From the NCBI RefSeq assembly GCF_006345805.1, contig NC_043001.1, positions 132,680,001-132,744,000 of the forward strand: a stretch of DNA of 64,000 nt, in the 5' to 3' direction. This stretch comes from Octopus sinensis (Eukaryota). Position 1 is the first letter of the stretch; each line of letters begins with the position of its first letter. Positions 12,152 through 25,829 of this stretch are shown one piece after another. Under the pieces are notes generated by a model that was given only the letters and a program-made list of their open reading frames with translations, was not told the DNA's origin and did no database searches. Both the position numbers and the translations under genes were made by a program.

Positions 12152-13247
12152 ATGTAAAAAAACAAAACACAGAAATCTATCTTCATTAGATGGCTAATGG
12201 GTATCATTGGGATTTCAATACCCAAGGACAAAACTGCCACCAACCTAAAGCATCAGCAACCTGCAGAAAAGGCTTCTAAGGAATAAAGCAGTAGAGATGG
12301 GACTTGAAGTATACAAAATTTTATAGATTTATGTCTTTTTGACAAACAGGAAAAACAAGCAAACACTGGATGGATTTTTTTTTTTCTTTTTCAAATGAAA
12401 TGAATTAACAAGGAGCAATTGTGCACAAAAACAATGTTAGAAAACAGAATTCACAAAAGTAGTTCTTTGAACAACTGTCCTTGAAAGCAGAGAGGCAGAG
12501 ATATCAGAAAACAACGTCTTCTGGAAAACTACCCAATTCAAAAAGGAAATAAATAGAGGAAACTGGAAATTAGAAGTGAAGAAGGAGAATTGTATTCTGG
12601 AGTCAGAACAGGATGATGTTGGAGAATTAAAGAGAGGAAGAGAGAAAGAGTGACGTAAGAGCAAAAAAAAAAAGGTAGGGAAAGAGAGAAAAGAATGAGA
12701 GGAAGAAAATGTAAGACGAGAATGTGGTTAGAAAAAACAGAGTAAGGCAATGGAGACAGAAGGAGAGAAAAAAAAGGAGAGTAAAAGAGATTTCACTGTA
12801 AATGATATAAATATGTAATAGTGTTGCACAAATGGTTGTGTGTGTTGGTGATTGTAAATAGAGAGAAAAAAACAAGCACAAATTATGAAAATGTGTAGAA
12901 CAAGGGAAATAATCAGAGAATTCCTTTGATCATTTGCTAGCTTGTGGTCATCACTGCAAGGTGCCTTAGGACAGGTTCGGTTTCAGACACTGTCATCAGC
13001 AGCATCCAGAAAGGGCTTCTAGGAAGTAATGCTTGTATGTGTGTGTGTGTGTGATATACTATTTTAAATAAGAATTATTTCATGTTCTTTCAGAAGTTTA
13101 TAAAATTCCTATGACATCAACAACATGCAATTCCCATTGATAAGAATAAAGTTTCTTAAACAGATAGAGAAAATTAAAGAAATGCTTTAGTCCACTGGTA
13201 GAATTCTTGTCATGTCTTCAGATGTGAGTTTATGCACTAGGGGCAGA

Positions 13248-13654
13248 CTCTTACTCTTTTACTCTTTTACTTGTTTCAGTCATTTGACTGCGGCCATGCT
13301 GGAGCACCGCCTTTAATCGAGCAAATCAACCCCGGGACTTATTCTTTGTAAGCCCGGTACTTATTCTATCGGTCTCTTTTGCCGAACCACTAAGTGACGG
13401 GCACATAAACACACCAGCATTGGTTGTCAAGCAATGCTAGGGGGACAAACACAGACACACAAACACACACATAAATATATATATACATATATACGACAGG
13501 CTTCTTTCAGTTTCCGTCTACCAAATCCACTCACAAGGCATTGGTCGGCCCGGGGCTATAGCAGAAGACACTTGCCCAAGATGCCACGCAGTGGGACTGA
13601 ACTCGGAACCATGTGGTTGGTTAGCAAGCTACTTACCACACAGCCACTCCTGTG
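13248..13654 (-). mobile_element. tRNA-derived SINE, family A
   Basis: Full-length family match. Confidence 0.9.
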
Positions 13655-13818
13655 TTGACTTTTCCTCTCCAAAAGAGGGTTTTTGATACAATGTTTACAT
13701 TTTATTATTCAAAGCTGTATATGTGCCTGCTTTGAGAAATACTGTTCCCAAAAATAATTATTTCATATTCTTTTAAAAGTTTATAAAATGATGTCAGCAA
13801 TATACATGCCTTTGTGTT

Positions 13819-13858
<40 letters not shown>

Positions 13859-14884
13859 TTTTATTGCTTACTTCTTTCAGTCATTGGCCTGTGGCCATGC
13901 TGGGACACCACCTTGAGGAGCATGGTCAAACAAATTGACCATAAGAGTCTTTTTTAGCTAACAGCTAAGTTATGAAGGTGTAAACAAACCAACAACAGTG
14001 AGTGTCAAACATAAAAACATATATATGTATATGTATGTGTGTGTGTGTGTAAACGTGTGTATATATATATATGTGTGTGTATGTATGTGCATGTGTGTGT
14101 GTATGTGTGTGTGTATACATACATATATGTTCTTGTACATGTAGCCTCGGACATGGAGGATGTCAAACAATCACAAGCCTAACAGCAGACATCATACCAC
14201 CATGGAATCAAAATCTAAATTGACCATACTAGTCCATTTTACCAGTTTCCTGTCATACCAATTGGAACATAGGAATAAATTGGTAACATTTGGTGTAGAA
14301 CATTGAAGATTACTTTTATATATGTCATTGTTTCAGATTATTAAAGCATGTATGTTAACACTAATGTGAGAAGTTAGATTTGAATGTAAACACAGGTCAA
14401 AGAGAGGTCAAGATTTTTATGGCTCATGATGAAAGCTCACATCCATGTGTGTTTTGAATTGAGTGAGAAGTTTATTTTTAAGTATTGGCCACTGTAAATA
14501 AATAGGACTTGATGCTTATACATGTAACAGACTGATGTTCCATGTGGGAGAACACTGGCCTTCCTGCTTAGTCAGTAGGGAGGCAGCATTCAAAAGCTAC
14601 TATTCAAGGAAGGGCATTGTGACCAGCAGTGTATAACAGCATCAGATAGTCTGGGTAATACAGTAATCTCTCACACTCTCTCTCTCCCTCTCTCCCTCTC
14701 TCTCTTTCTCTCTCATTCTGACCTGGATTGTTTATTCTTTGGTTACTTACTAATTGACTGTAACAGATTCCTACCTTCCAGAGTTGAAGAAGTCTGACAA
14801 GTTGTCCATGGGACTCAGCCCTGTATGGATGCAAAGCCATTCGTCACTCTGAGACCAGACATATACTTCACTGCATATAAATAT

Positions 14885-14936
<52 letters not shown>

Positions 14937-15322
14937 TATATATGTATATATATAAATATATATATAATTATATAATATATGTATTTATATATATATATGA
15001 ATGCATGAGGGAGTGTATATATATATATATAATGAAATATATATGTGTGGTATGTACATATATCTATATATCTATATCTATATCTATCTATCTATATATA
15101 TATATATATAATATATATATATATATATACATATAAATGTGTGTGTGTGTGTGAAAAATAATATCATTATCTATTTATATATATTGTATATACATATGTA
15201 TATATAATGCTCAAACAGGCTACATCTGGTCTCTTATACTTACCCTACAATGTCATACTGAAAGTAAACAATCACATCATCTCCAGTTATTTCCTAGGAA
15301 AACATATGACTGGATTAGAACT

Positions 15323-15422
15323 NNNNNNNNNNNNNNNNNNNNNNNNNNNNNNNNNNNNNNNNNNNNNNNNNNNNNNNNNNNNNNNNNNNNNNNNNNNNNN
15401 NNNNNNNNNNNNNNNNNNNNNN
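15323..15422. other. Assembly gap (100 N)
   Basis: Direct reading. Confidence 1.
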
Positions 15423-15738
15423 AAACTTCTAAACTTCTACTACACAGCCACTTCTTTGCTTATATATATATATATAAATTCTCTAATTTATATACATGTA
15501 TTATATATATATATATATATATAATATAGATGGTGTATTTTTACCTTGTTAACAATTAACACGGAAAAAATAAATAAATAGTTTGCTTTTCAACTACATG
15601 GTTCTGGGTTCAGTTCAGTCCCACTGCATGGCACCTTGAGCAAGTGTCCTCTACTGTATCTCAGGTCAACCAAATGTGTCGAAAGTAAAAATATTTGATT
15701 TACACCTGCGTTAAACTCCATTTATTTATTCATATATA

Positions 15739-15769
<31 letters not shown>

Positions 15770-16387
15770 ATATATATATATATATATATATGTTAGAAGT
15801 ACAATACTCTGTAGTAGTACATAGAAAAAAGTGCTGATCAAGGAAATTTGGAAACAGCTTCTTCACATAAAATGTAATAAAATTCTGAATTAAGTACAAA
15901 ACTGCATACAAAGTAACAAGTATTAATGACATGTCATTCTAACATAGTTGGAATGGCATATGCTAACACAAAGAAATGTCTAAATTATTTCTATATAACA
16001 ACTGATATAAATGTTGGTTAGTTAACTGGCTAGTCGATTTCTCCATGTGGGCTTTAACATTATAAAAAGAGAAGGGAAGAGGAAATAAATGAGAGAAAAG
16101 AGAGACTTAACATAAAAGGTTGAAGTCAGTAGTGGCACACTGAAGCTGACATGCAGCAGTAAGGAGATGGTAACGATGATTAAAGTTACATAGTCAATGA
16201 CCACTTATATACACATACTCTCTCACATACATACTACAATCTTATGATCATAACAGATACACACATACATTCATGTAAGCACACATATGCACACATAGAG
16301 TCACAACTATAGCTTAAGAAGAAGGATAAATCTGACTAGCAGTTGGTAAGAAGGGGCAAAGAAGCTTAATAGGTTTACATAACCATT

Positions 16388-16534
16388 TGAAAAAATTGGA
16401 GTCAACAGAGAGTATGGTTGGACATTTATTTGCAATCACTACAATTGTTTCTAATCACTACTCTACAATCACTACAATTGTGAATGCAAATAAATGTCCA
16501 ACCATACTCCTTCTTGTTGATTCCAACATTTTCA
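16388..16534. repeat. Short inverted repeat / hairpin
   Basis: GAGTATGGTTGGACATTTATTTGCAATCAC (16410-16439) vs GTGAATGCAAATAAATGTCCAACCATACTC (16480-16509): 29/30 complementary, with looser pairing outward. Confidence 0.8.
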
Positions 16535-16677
16535 GTTATCTATTCACAAAGTACAGGAGCCCCAATGCAAATCTGAAAGTATGTATAATACTACTACTGG
16601 ATAGTACAGGATAAAATCTGAAGGTGGACGAGTTTTATACTGTATTCTACTACGTTCTTAACAGAATATGACATAAC

Positions 16678-16722
<45 letters not shown>

Positions 16723-17218
16723 GGGGAGAGAGAGAGACAGACAGACAGACAGAGAAAGAAAGAGAGTGAGAGGGAAATGAAAGAGAGAGAGATGTATGTA
16801 TATGTGTGTGTATATTTGTGTATGTTTGTATGGTTATATCCCTGTTTAATAAGGTGTGTAAAAGAGAGATACAGGGAAAATCAAAATAAGAGGTGCATGA
16901 CAATATCTAATAATCTATGTTGCATTGTACAATGTATATGTGCAAACAAATCGACCCAAGGATCTATTTTTTAAGCCTCGTACTTATTCTATTGGTTTGT
17001 TTTGCCAAACTGCTAAGTTACAGGGATATAAACATATCAACACCAATTATCAAGGTGGTGATGGTGGGGCAAACACACACACATACACATGTGTATATGT
17101 GTGTGTACATATATATATATATATACATACATACATATATATATATATATAAGACTTTTTGCGTAATGAGATAAAAAAACCAAGGCTGTGTAGATTTTAG
17201 AACATTTATAGATAGAAG

Positions 17219-17270
17219 GTCTTATAGCTGTTTCCAGGATATTTATTAATTATATCCCTTCATTGGAGAC
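17219..17270 (-). ncRNA. Degenerate type I hammerhead ribozyme motif (probably inactive)
   Basis: Minus strand: GUCU-CCAAUGA-A-GGGAUAU...AUAUCCU-G-GAAAC-AGCU-AUA-AGAC. Stems I and II are intact, but the CUGAUGA core and one stem III pair are mutated. Confidence 0.55.
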
Positions 17271-17309
17271 AGTGTGAGAAGATGACACCATTATCACTTA
17301 TATATATAT

Positions 17310-17534
17310 GCGGCGAGCTGGCAGAAACGTTAGCACGCCGGGCGAAATGCTCAGCAGTATTTCGTCTGTCACTACGTTCTGAGTTCAAATTCCGCCAAGA
17401 TAGACTTTGCCTTTCATTCTTTCGGGGTCGATAAAGTACCAGTTTTGCACTGAGGTCGATGTAATCGACTTAATCCCTTTTTCTGTCCTTGTTTGTCCCC
17501 TCTATGTTTAGCCCCTTCTGGGCAGTAAAGAAAT
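17310..17534 (+). mobile_element. tRNA-derived SINE, family B
   Basis: GCGGCGAGCTGGCAGAAACGTTAGC...GAGTTCAAATTCC (B box)...CTTTCGGGGTCGATAAAGTACC...GTAAAGAAAT; shared with 25830, 43794 and 53104. Confidence 0.85.
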
Positions 17535-17783
17535 ATATATATATATAATATTTTATTGCAATATATGAACCTCTTTTGAATACTACCACCACAGATGACA
17601 CTACTACAGGAATAATATCTATAAAAATATTAAAAATGATAGATATATTTAGAATAGTCCCTACCCACGAATTTATTTAGAACAGACATACTGCTACTGT
17701 TACTACAACCATAACAGGTCACCTTGAGGCCACTTGACCATTAAAGCAGATTCCACAAACAGCCTTTACTACTGGGTAATATC

Positions 17784-17784
<1 letters not shown>

Positions 17785-17814
<30 letters not shown>

Positions 17815-17858
17815 CTTCTTCTTCTTCTTCTCCTCCTTCTCCTCCTTCTTCACCTTCT
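17785..17858. repeat. (CTT)n microsatellite
   Basis: Direct reading. Confidence 0.9.
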
Positions 17859-18556
17859 TCAGCTACTGCTTAAACCATCAAACTTCAGAACCAAATATAT
17901 CTTTGCACCCATAAACACATTTTTCATATCTGCTACTTCCTACCTACCTTATGAACCTTCACAAAAGACAAGAGAGAGAGAGAGGGGGGGAAAATGAAAA
18001 TGTCCCACCTATTTGAAGACTATGGAAATATTTACAAAACATTTCATTTAATTTTTCTTCAGTTTAATAGGTTTTTTTTTCAATTTAATTATTTTTCTTC
18101 TTAATTAATATCCACCTATGCTTTACTCTTAGTTAAAAAAGTCAAAAAGACAGAAACTGGTACTAACCATTACAAAATGTGTTTCATGATAAAATTATTT
18201 GAGCATTTTCTACCTTGTCTAATTTTCTTTATACATATCAACTCATGTGTCACTTTTCAACACTTTACATATATATACAACAGGCTTCTTTCAGTTTCCA
18301 TCTACCAAAACTGTTCACAAGGGCTGGTGCTATAGTAGAAGACATTTGCCCAAGGTACCATGCAGTGTGACTGCCTTTGAAATCATATTTTTGGGAAGCA
18401 AGCTTCTTACCACACAGCCACATCACATTTCAAGAAATACATCTTGTCAGAATTTAAAGTAGACCACCAGCCATTCAGAAATCATTAACATTTTGCTTGT
18501 GTCTGTTTGACATCGAATTATTGTAACATTAGTTATCTCCTTTTTGTTTCTCTTCA

Positions 18557-18714
18557 AGTGGCTGTGTGGTAAGTAGCTTGCTAACCAACCACATGGTTCT
18601 GGGTTCAGTCCCACTGCGTGGCATCTTGGGCAAGTGTCTTCTGCTATAGCCCCGGGCCGACCAATGCCTTGTGAGTGGATTTGGTAGACGGAAAAATGAA
18701 AGAAGCCTGTCGTA

Positions 18715-18754
<40 letters not shown>

Positions 18755-18957
18755 CGTTTGTGTGTGTTTGTTTTCCCCCTAGCATTGCTTGACAACTGAT
18801 GCTGGTGTGTTACGTCCCCGTCACTTAGCGGTTCGGCAAAAAGAGACCGATAGAATAAGTACTGGGCTTACAAAGAATAAGTCCCGGGGTCGATTTGCTC
18901 GATTAAAGGCGGTGCTCCAGCATGGCCGCAGTCAAATGACTGAAACAAGTAAAAGAG
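18557..18957 (+). mobile_element. tRNA-derived SINE, family A
   Basis: Full-length family match, missing a few 5' bases. Confidence 0.9.
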
Positions 18958-19059
18958 TATGTCTTCTTTCCCAGCAGCTCTTGTTTAAATGTTATCCGTT
19001 CAAAAGACAACTGGCAAACAGATTTGTTCTCAGCTTGTAGTAAGGTCTAAGCATTTAAG

Positions 19060-20385
19060 TTACCATGTGTTTTATGTTATATTTATTGTACTTATTCATT
19101 TTACTAGTATTCTATATCTGCAAGATTTGGTGCTGTGGAGCAAGAAAATATAACTATTAAAAATGCAGTAAATATTCATGGTTTTGAGGAAGATTTCTAC
19201 TTGATATATAAGGAAAACTTACGGTATGTTTTTCTAACATTTTTTTGCATCTAGTGCATTAAACCATGTTATGTTCTTTTTCTCATTTTAATATTTTCTC
19301 ATGGGTAGCAGTAATTTTTATGGAAAGTATAAGGTAATTATCCTTTGTGAGTTTTCTTAAAGATGTGTTGCTTGAATATTCAATTTTAGATATCTCAGAA
19401 TGGATTATGCTATTTCTTATCCAGTTTTAAGTTAGATTTTGTATTACTATTAGGCACGCTGTGGTCATTTGATTCAGCTTTATTATAAGATTTTTGTATA
19501 CATTTATTTTATCACAGTTTTTAATTCTATGTTTAGTTGCATATTCACTCTCAAGATTTTGAGATGCATTAATTTCGTTTATTAGTTTTATTAAATTTTC
19601 CCCAACTATCTGTACATTTATCGGTTTTGTTTCTGGGCATATCAGGGTTTTTTATTATTTTTATTCTTAGATCTAGTTATATTATCATTGTGGTTAATTA
19701 TATTAGATGTGATTATATTAGCATTATCATTTCTTTAGTTATTTGCAATATTCTTAGGTTTGGAATGTTGAGTTAAAGGTTTATGTGGTGTATTAATATG
19801 TTTTGTATGCTTATGTGCAGAAATTATGCTAAAATTAGAGCTGTTTGTATCAGATGGAATAAATTGGATCTTATCTATAAAACCATTTCTCAGCAGAGTA
19901 TCATTATAATCTTCAGAGTTGTTATTAGATATTTCTACATTAGAGGATTGTTTAGATATTCTAAAGATATATTCCATACATGATTACCTACTATGTTTTT
20001 TAGATGATTTGAATTTTTGTGTATGTTATCAAGATTTTAGTGAAGTTTGAGAAAAAGAAAGTGTACACTAATATTAAACTCTGAGGTAATATTGAGAAAA
20101 TTATTCTTTTTTACAGACCAAGTTCAAAATGATAGACAGGTTATAATTTTTAAAGAAGGTTGATTTTTACAGAATGTTGATTAGGTAGAATGGTTAACAT
20201 TATTTACTGTTAATATTGCATTATTCTGGCATAAACCTCCACTAAATTCCAGGAAATAAGATTTCAGCATATATAGTAAGAAGAGTCCAACAATATTTGT
20301 AACTTGTGCAGAGTCCAATGTGCCCACCAATACACATGAAAAGAATCAGCTCTGGTTTTGCATATAATTATCTTTTATTATGTAA
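19060..20385 (-). mobile_element. Decayed Penelope-like element, RT domain C-terminal half and linker
   Basis: Minus-strand translation gives [22 protein letters not shown]...GGLCQNNAIL (decayed GxYRDD motif), RISKQSSNVEISNNN...YNDTLLRNGF and NITWFN...SCSTAPNLADI. I recognise these as PLE RT/linker motifs; many stops and frameshifts. Confidence 0.7.
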
Positions 20386-20402
20386 ACAATATATATATAT
20401 AT

Positions 20403-20436
<34 letters not shown>

Positions 20437-20481
20437 ATATGTATGTATATATGTATGTATATATGTATGTATATATGTATG

Positions 20482-20545
<64 letters not shown>

Positions 20546-20548
<3 letters not shown>

Positions 20549-20824
20549 CTGGAGCCATGTAAAAAGCATCTAGTCCACACTAAAAGTAGGTGACGTTTGG
20601 AAGGATATCCAGCTATAAAAACTGTGTTAAAGCAGACCGTGTCAGTGCTGGTCCCACATAAAACACACTCACTCCACTCTGTAGGGTGGTTGGCATTAGG
20701 AAGGACATTCAGCCATAAAAACTGTACCAAAAAAGACAGTGAAATCTGATGCAGTCTTCTTGCTTGCCAGCTCCTGTCAAACCGTCATGCATAGAAAACA
20801 GACGTTAAATGATGATGATGATGA
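20546..20824 (+). mobile_element. RTE LINE 3'-tail copy
   Basis: Ends GAAAACAGACGTTAAATGATGATGATG, like the tail of the 33974-37060 element. Confidence 0.75.
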
Positions 20825-21543
20825 TTATAGCATACATAAATACAATACAAATATATATATATAGACACATGTACATACACACATTATATATATATACATG
20901 TCCACACACATGCATCTATGTGTTCACAAGAAAGTGTACTAATTTCAGCATTCTTGTTCTAGCTCATTAATGTGTTTATGACACTCAGATGCATGTCTAT
21001 ACAATATTAATCACATTTTCATCATGAAGATGATCCTTATTGTCATACTTTTACATACTTGATCATACTTATATATCCGAGCAACATATGTGCCCAGGAG
21101 ATTAATGTACTGGTATTGTTGACAAAATTCAAATCCTACTATAAAAGCCACTTTTCTGTATATATGGGCATGGAAATTTTTGTATTATTTTCTCCTCAGT
21201 TGGCCCCAATTTCTACTCTAGTTCATGTGTTAAGAACTTAATATTTCTTCAATGGCTCATAATTGATGCAGAACAAAGCAATCATTTTAAATACATTATG
21301 AAATCAATTAATAACCTTTTAGCAACAAGTTCAACACATTGTATGTGGTATTCATCTCTCTGCAACAATATAGAGGCATGCAAAGGGCAGAGAGCAGCAA
21401 GGACTAAGCAAGCTGCTTTCTACCCATATGTTAGCTATCCCATGTTTCTTCAATTCAAGAACTATCCAGACACCCACATTTAGACCTACAGCACAATACA
21501 AAAAAGACTGACCAACAACTAGATGATACATATGGTATCATAT

Positions 21544-21944
21544 AGGCACAGGAGTGGCTGTGTGTTAAGTAGCTTGCTACCCAACCACATGGTTCCGGGT
21601 TCAGTCCCACTGCGTGGCACCTTGGGCAAGTGTCTTCTACTATAGCCCCGAGCCAACCAATGCCTTGTGAGTGGATTTGGTAGACAGAAACTGAAAGAAG
21701 CCTGTCGTATATATGTATACATATATGTATGTGTGTGTTTGTGTGTCTGTGTTTGTCCCCCTAGCATTGCTTGACAACCGATGCTGGTGTGTTTATATCT
21801 CTGTCACTTAGCGGTTCAGCAAAGAGACCGATAGAATAAGTACTGGGCTTACAAAGAATAAGTCTCGGGATCGATTTGCTCGACTAAAGGCGGTGCTCCA
21901 GCATGATGCAGTCAAATGACTGAAACAAGTAAAAGAGTAAAGAG
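21544..21944 (+). mobile_element. tRNA-derived SINE, family A
   Basis: Full-length family match. Confidence 0.9.
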
Positions 21945-22723
21945 TATATGATACATACAGTATCAGATAACGTACAAATACAAGTTAATAGTTGGCTAGT
22001 TGTTCAGCTGTACAAGTGACTTCTGTAAAAGTGCATCTGATTTAACTTTTAATTTTTTTTATTTCTCAAATATCACCATTAATCAAAGTTGTCTGTGCTA
22101 ACTAGGAAAAAATAAACGTTAAAAAAAAAAGAAACAACGTTCAAAACCAATAGGTTTCTTTGAAAATAATGACTTGCTGCTTGTTTATCAGTCTTCTAGA
22201 ATGTATTTGTCTTTCCTACACACATACACATTCTCTATCTATCTCTCTTTTTCATTCTTTTTCTCTTCTTCCAACACATACACACACTCTCTCTCTTTCA
22301 CTCTTTTTCTTTTCCTCCAACACACACATTGTGTCTCACCACATTTCTATGGTTAGGCAATGACAAGATATGTATATATATATACATATATGAGACGGAG
22401 AAATTACCAAGGTACCAAGATTTGTAAGGTTAAGGTGCAGGTTTACTCATCTAGACGTTACTCTTATTGTGCTGTAGATCTGAGCAAGTTATATAACTCT
22501 ACTTATGCAACTTTGCTTGACTGACTTAGGTAGTTAGTGGTAAGAAAAGCATTCAATCTAAGACAATTTCTCCAAAAGAAAACCACCCCAATCAAGCAAG
22601 TCTGGGGTGTGGAGGAATGGATATGGAAACTATAAAGGAAAAATGTTTCCATTTCAAATGACGGGGTTCTAAAGAGCCAATAATGCTTACTCTTGGTTTA
22701 AGATATACTGATAAATCTTCCTT

Positions 22724-22982
22724 CATCATCATCATCATCATCGTTTAACGTCCGTTCTCCATGCTAGCATGAGTTGGATGGTTCGACTGGGGATCTGGGA
22801 AGCCAGGAGGCTGCACCAGGCTCCGGTCTTATCTGGCAATGTTTCTATAGCTGGATGCCCTTCCTAATGCCAACCACTCCGTGAGTGTAGTGGGTGCTTT
22901 TTACGTGCCACCTGCACTGGAGCCAGGCGAGGCTGGCATCGGCCACGGTCGGATTGGTGCTTTTTATGTGCCACCTGCACAT
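22724..22982 (-). mobile_element. RTE LINE 3'-tail copy
   Basis: Near-identical to 33974-34230, including the (CAT)n tail and two GGTGCTTTTTACGTGCCACC units. Confidence 0.85.
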
Positions 22983-23832
22983 ACTAACCAAAAGCAGCTA
23001 GAATTACAAGGTGGTACTGAAACTATGGAGGATTTAGTACAGAGCCCAGGTACTAATACCTCGTTCAACTTGCTACAATCAATAGCTTCACAGAGTAGTT
23101 ATGGAGTGGAACTTAGTTCCAGTTTCCAGGAGCAAAGTAAATTAGAGAAAACTAAACCAGACAGGATGCCAATTGATTTGATACTTATCCACAGCATCTG
23201 AATGGATTTCATCAATGTAGTATTCAATGTAGTACAGCCTAACCACATGCAACAAAACACAAATGATTGGAACTTGCAATCTGTGAGCTGATAGTTTAAT
23301 TAATACCTCTTCCATATCCATTCCACAATTCTAGTAAATAGATGAATGATTGTTAATTGGCAAAAATATGACCATCCCCAAGTATAACAATATCTGTTTC
23401 AACACAAGATTTCACCTCAGGAATCTTGCAAAATAAATACATAAACATAAGATGAATGATTACTATCCAAATACGCCCACTACTTACAAATAAGGAAGTC
23501 TTGTCCAGAAACAAAGCTTCTCATGAGCCAGCAAGGAAGCCTCTAAGTGATCTCTCAACCTGTTAGAAATAGAAGTCAAGTTTTCTTCAAACAACACCCT
23601 ACTGCCTTAAAAAAGAGAATGCTGTATTGCATAAATGTAGACTGAATTTCAACAGAAAAGAAAAAGCTAAATGGCAATGCTTCTGAATATAGGTCTATTA
23701 GTTAAAATGGGGTTAAACAACATTAACAAGTCTGTGAACAGGTTGCTTCAAAAAGAGTAGCATGCTCTAATCCTTTCAAAATGCCAGAACATAACATATT
23801 ACATAAGTAAACTAATGATACACATACACACA

Positions 23833-24093
23833 TAAAATAAAATAAATGTGCCCTTTTTAAAGCCTAGCCAGGCTCATGGGCCCGTTTTCCCAGTTTCTAT
23901 GGTGTATGTGTTCCCCTGCTGGGATGCCAGTCCATTGCAACGTTACTCATTTTTGCCAGCTGAGTGGACTAGAGCAACGTGAAATAAAGTGTTTTGCTCA
24001 AGAACACAACACATCACCCGGTCCAGGAATCGAAACCACAATCTTACGATCATGATGCTGACACCCTAACCACTAAGCCATGAGCCTCCACAC
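23833..24093 (-). mobile_element. tRNA-derived SINE, family D
   Basis: Minus strand GTGTGGAGGCTCATGGCTTAGTGGTTAGGG...GGTTTCGATTCC (A/B boxes), then TGTTCTTGAGCAAAACACTT central domain and a TTTA tail. Confidence 0.8.
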
Positions 24094-24289
24094 ATACATA
24101 CGTATATACTTCATATTTTTTAATTACTTTATATTGATGTTTGTTTTTATATCATACTACACGCACATACACACATACACACACATATATATATCATACA
24201 TGTATAATTGGAGAATATATTTGCAGATATGTGTACGTCTGTAAGTGTTTATGTGCATGTGCATTCATACAACTAAGCACACATTCTTT

Positions 24290-24630
24290 TAAGACCCCCT
24301 TCAGTCATGAATGACCATGGGATTGCACCTACAAAGTTACGCTCCAAGGCACAAGTCTGGGCAAAGTTGTTTATGGAAGACCAGCAGTCGCCCATGCATA
24401 CCGGCCTCCCCTCTCCATACCACCAGTGTTATCCAAGGGAAAAGCAAAGGAGCCGATACAGCTTGGCACCAGTGACATCGCAACTCATTTCTACAGCTGA
24501 GTGAACTGAAGCAATTTGAAATAAAGTGTCTTGCTCAAGAATACAACACGCAGCCCGGTCCGGGAATCGAACTCACAACCCCACGATTGTGAGCTCAATG
24601 CTCTAACCACTGAGCCATGTGCCTTCACAC
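24290..24630 (-). mobile_element. tRNA-derived SINE, family E
   Basis: Minus strand GTGTGAAGGCACATGGCTCAGTGGTTAGAGC...GAGTTCGATTCCC; shares the central domain with family D but has a different tail. Confidence 0.8.
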
Positions 24631-24950
24631 ATAAGCACACATAAAATCTTTTTATATTTCAGCACTTTTTGTAAATGGCTGTATCTGGGATACACCCTAC
24701 CAATGTATGTCAAATCAATAGAATCTAAATCTAAATCCTTCATTTTGGTAAACTGAGTACCTCTCTAAGTTCTCAATACAAACCATATGAGTATTTGACT
24801 TTTCTTTCCAAATCTCCAGCACCAGTAACATCAGTGTCAGTAAAAAACTATACTCTATTTTTGTCAGATTTTCTTATAAATTATATATATTTCGTTGCTA
24901 TGAAATATATTCATAAAATGTTTAATACGTGCATATGTGCATGTGTGTAT

Positions 24951-25154
24951 CTTTTACTTGTTTCAGGCATTAGACTGCAGCCATGGTGGGGCACTGCCTT
25001 GAATTTTAAGTCATATGAATCGACCCCAGTGCTTACTTTTTAAGCTTGGTACTAATTTTATAGATATCTTTTGCCGGACCACTAAGTTACAGGGACATAA
25101 ACACACCAACACTGGTTGTCAAGCAGTGATGGTAGGACAAACACAGACACAAAG

Positions 25155-25191
<37 letters not shown>

Positions 25192-25200
25192 ACACAAACA

Positions 25201-25251
<51 letters not shown>

Positions 25252-25420
25252 ACATATTTATATATATGGCTAAACTGGCAAAATGACCATTCCTAAATAC
25301 AACATATATATATATATATATACATATAGATAAGATAGATAGAGAGATAGATAGATACATAGATACATAGATAGATAGATAGATACATACATACATATAT
25401 AGACAGACAGACAGACAGAC

Positions 25421-25457
<37 letters not shown>

Positions 25458-25621
25458 CAACTGGCTTCTTTCAGTTTCTGTCTCCCAAATCCACTCACAA
25501 GGCTTTGGTAAGCCCAGGGCTATAGTAGAAGACACTTGCCCAAGGTACCATGCAATAAGACTGAACCCAGAACCACATGGTTGGGAAGCAAGCTTCTTCC
25601 CGTACAGCCACACCTGTGCCT
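24951..25621 (-). mobile_element. SINE family A, older copy with internal microsatellite expanded to ~300 bp
   Basis: Family A head and tail flank CA/TA/GATA tracts at 25160-25458. Confidence 0.85.
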
Positions 25622-25829
25622 ATATTTTTGTGTGTATTTCAACAAAATTTGACAGTATACTCTCAACAAAATCAATCATTACCTTCTAGTTGTATTTAAA
25701 CAGAGTTAAAACTGGTTGGTGAGCATATCTTATATAATGGCTATATAATTAAGCTAGAAAGAAAAGGACTCAGGCATTAGACCAATCTAAAGATTGGTCT
25801 AATGCCACAGATCACAAGTTTAAATCTAA

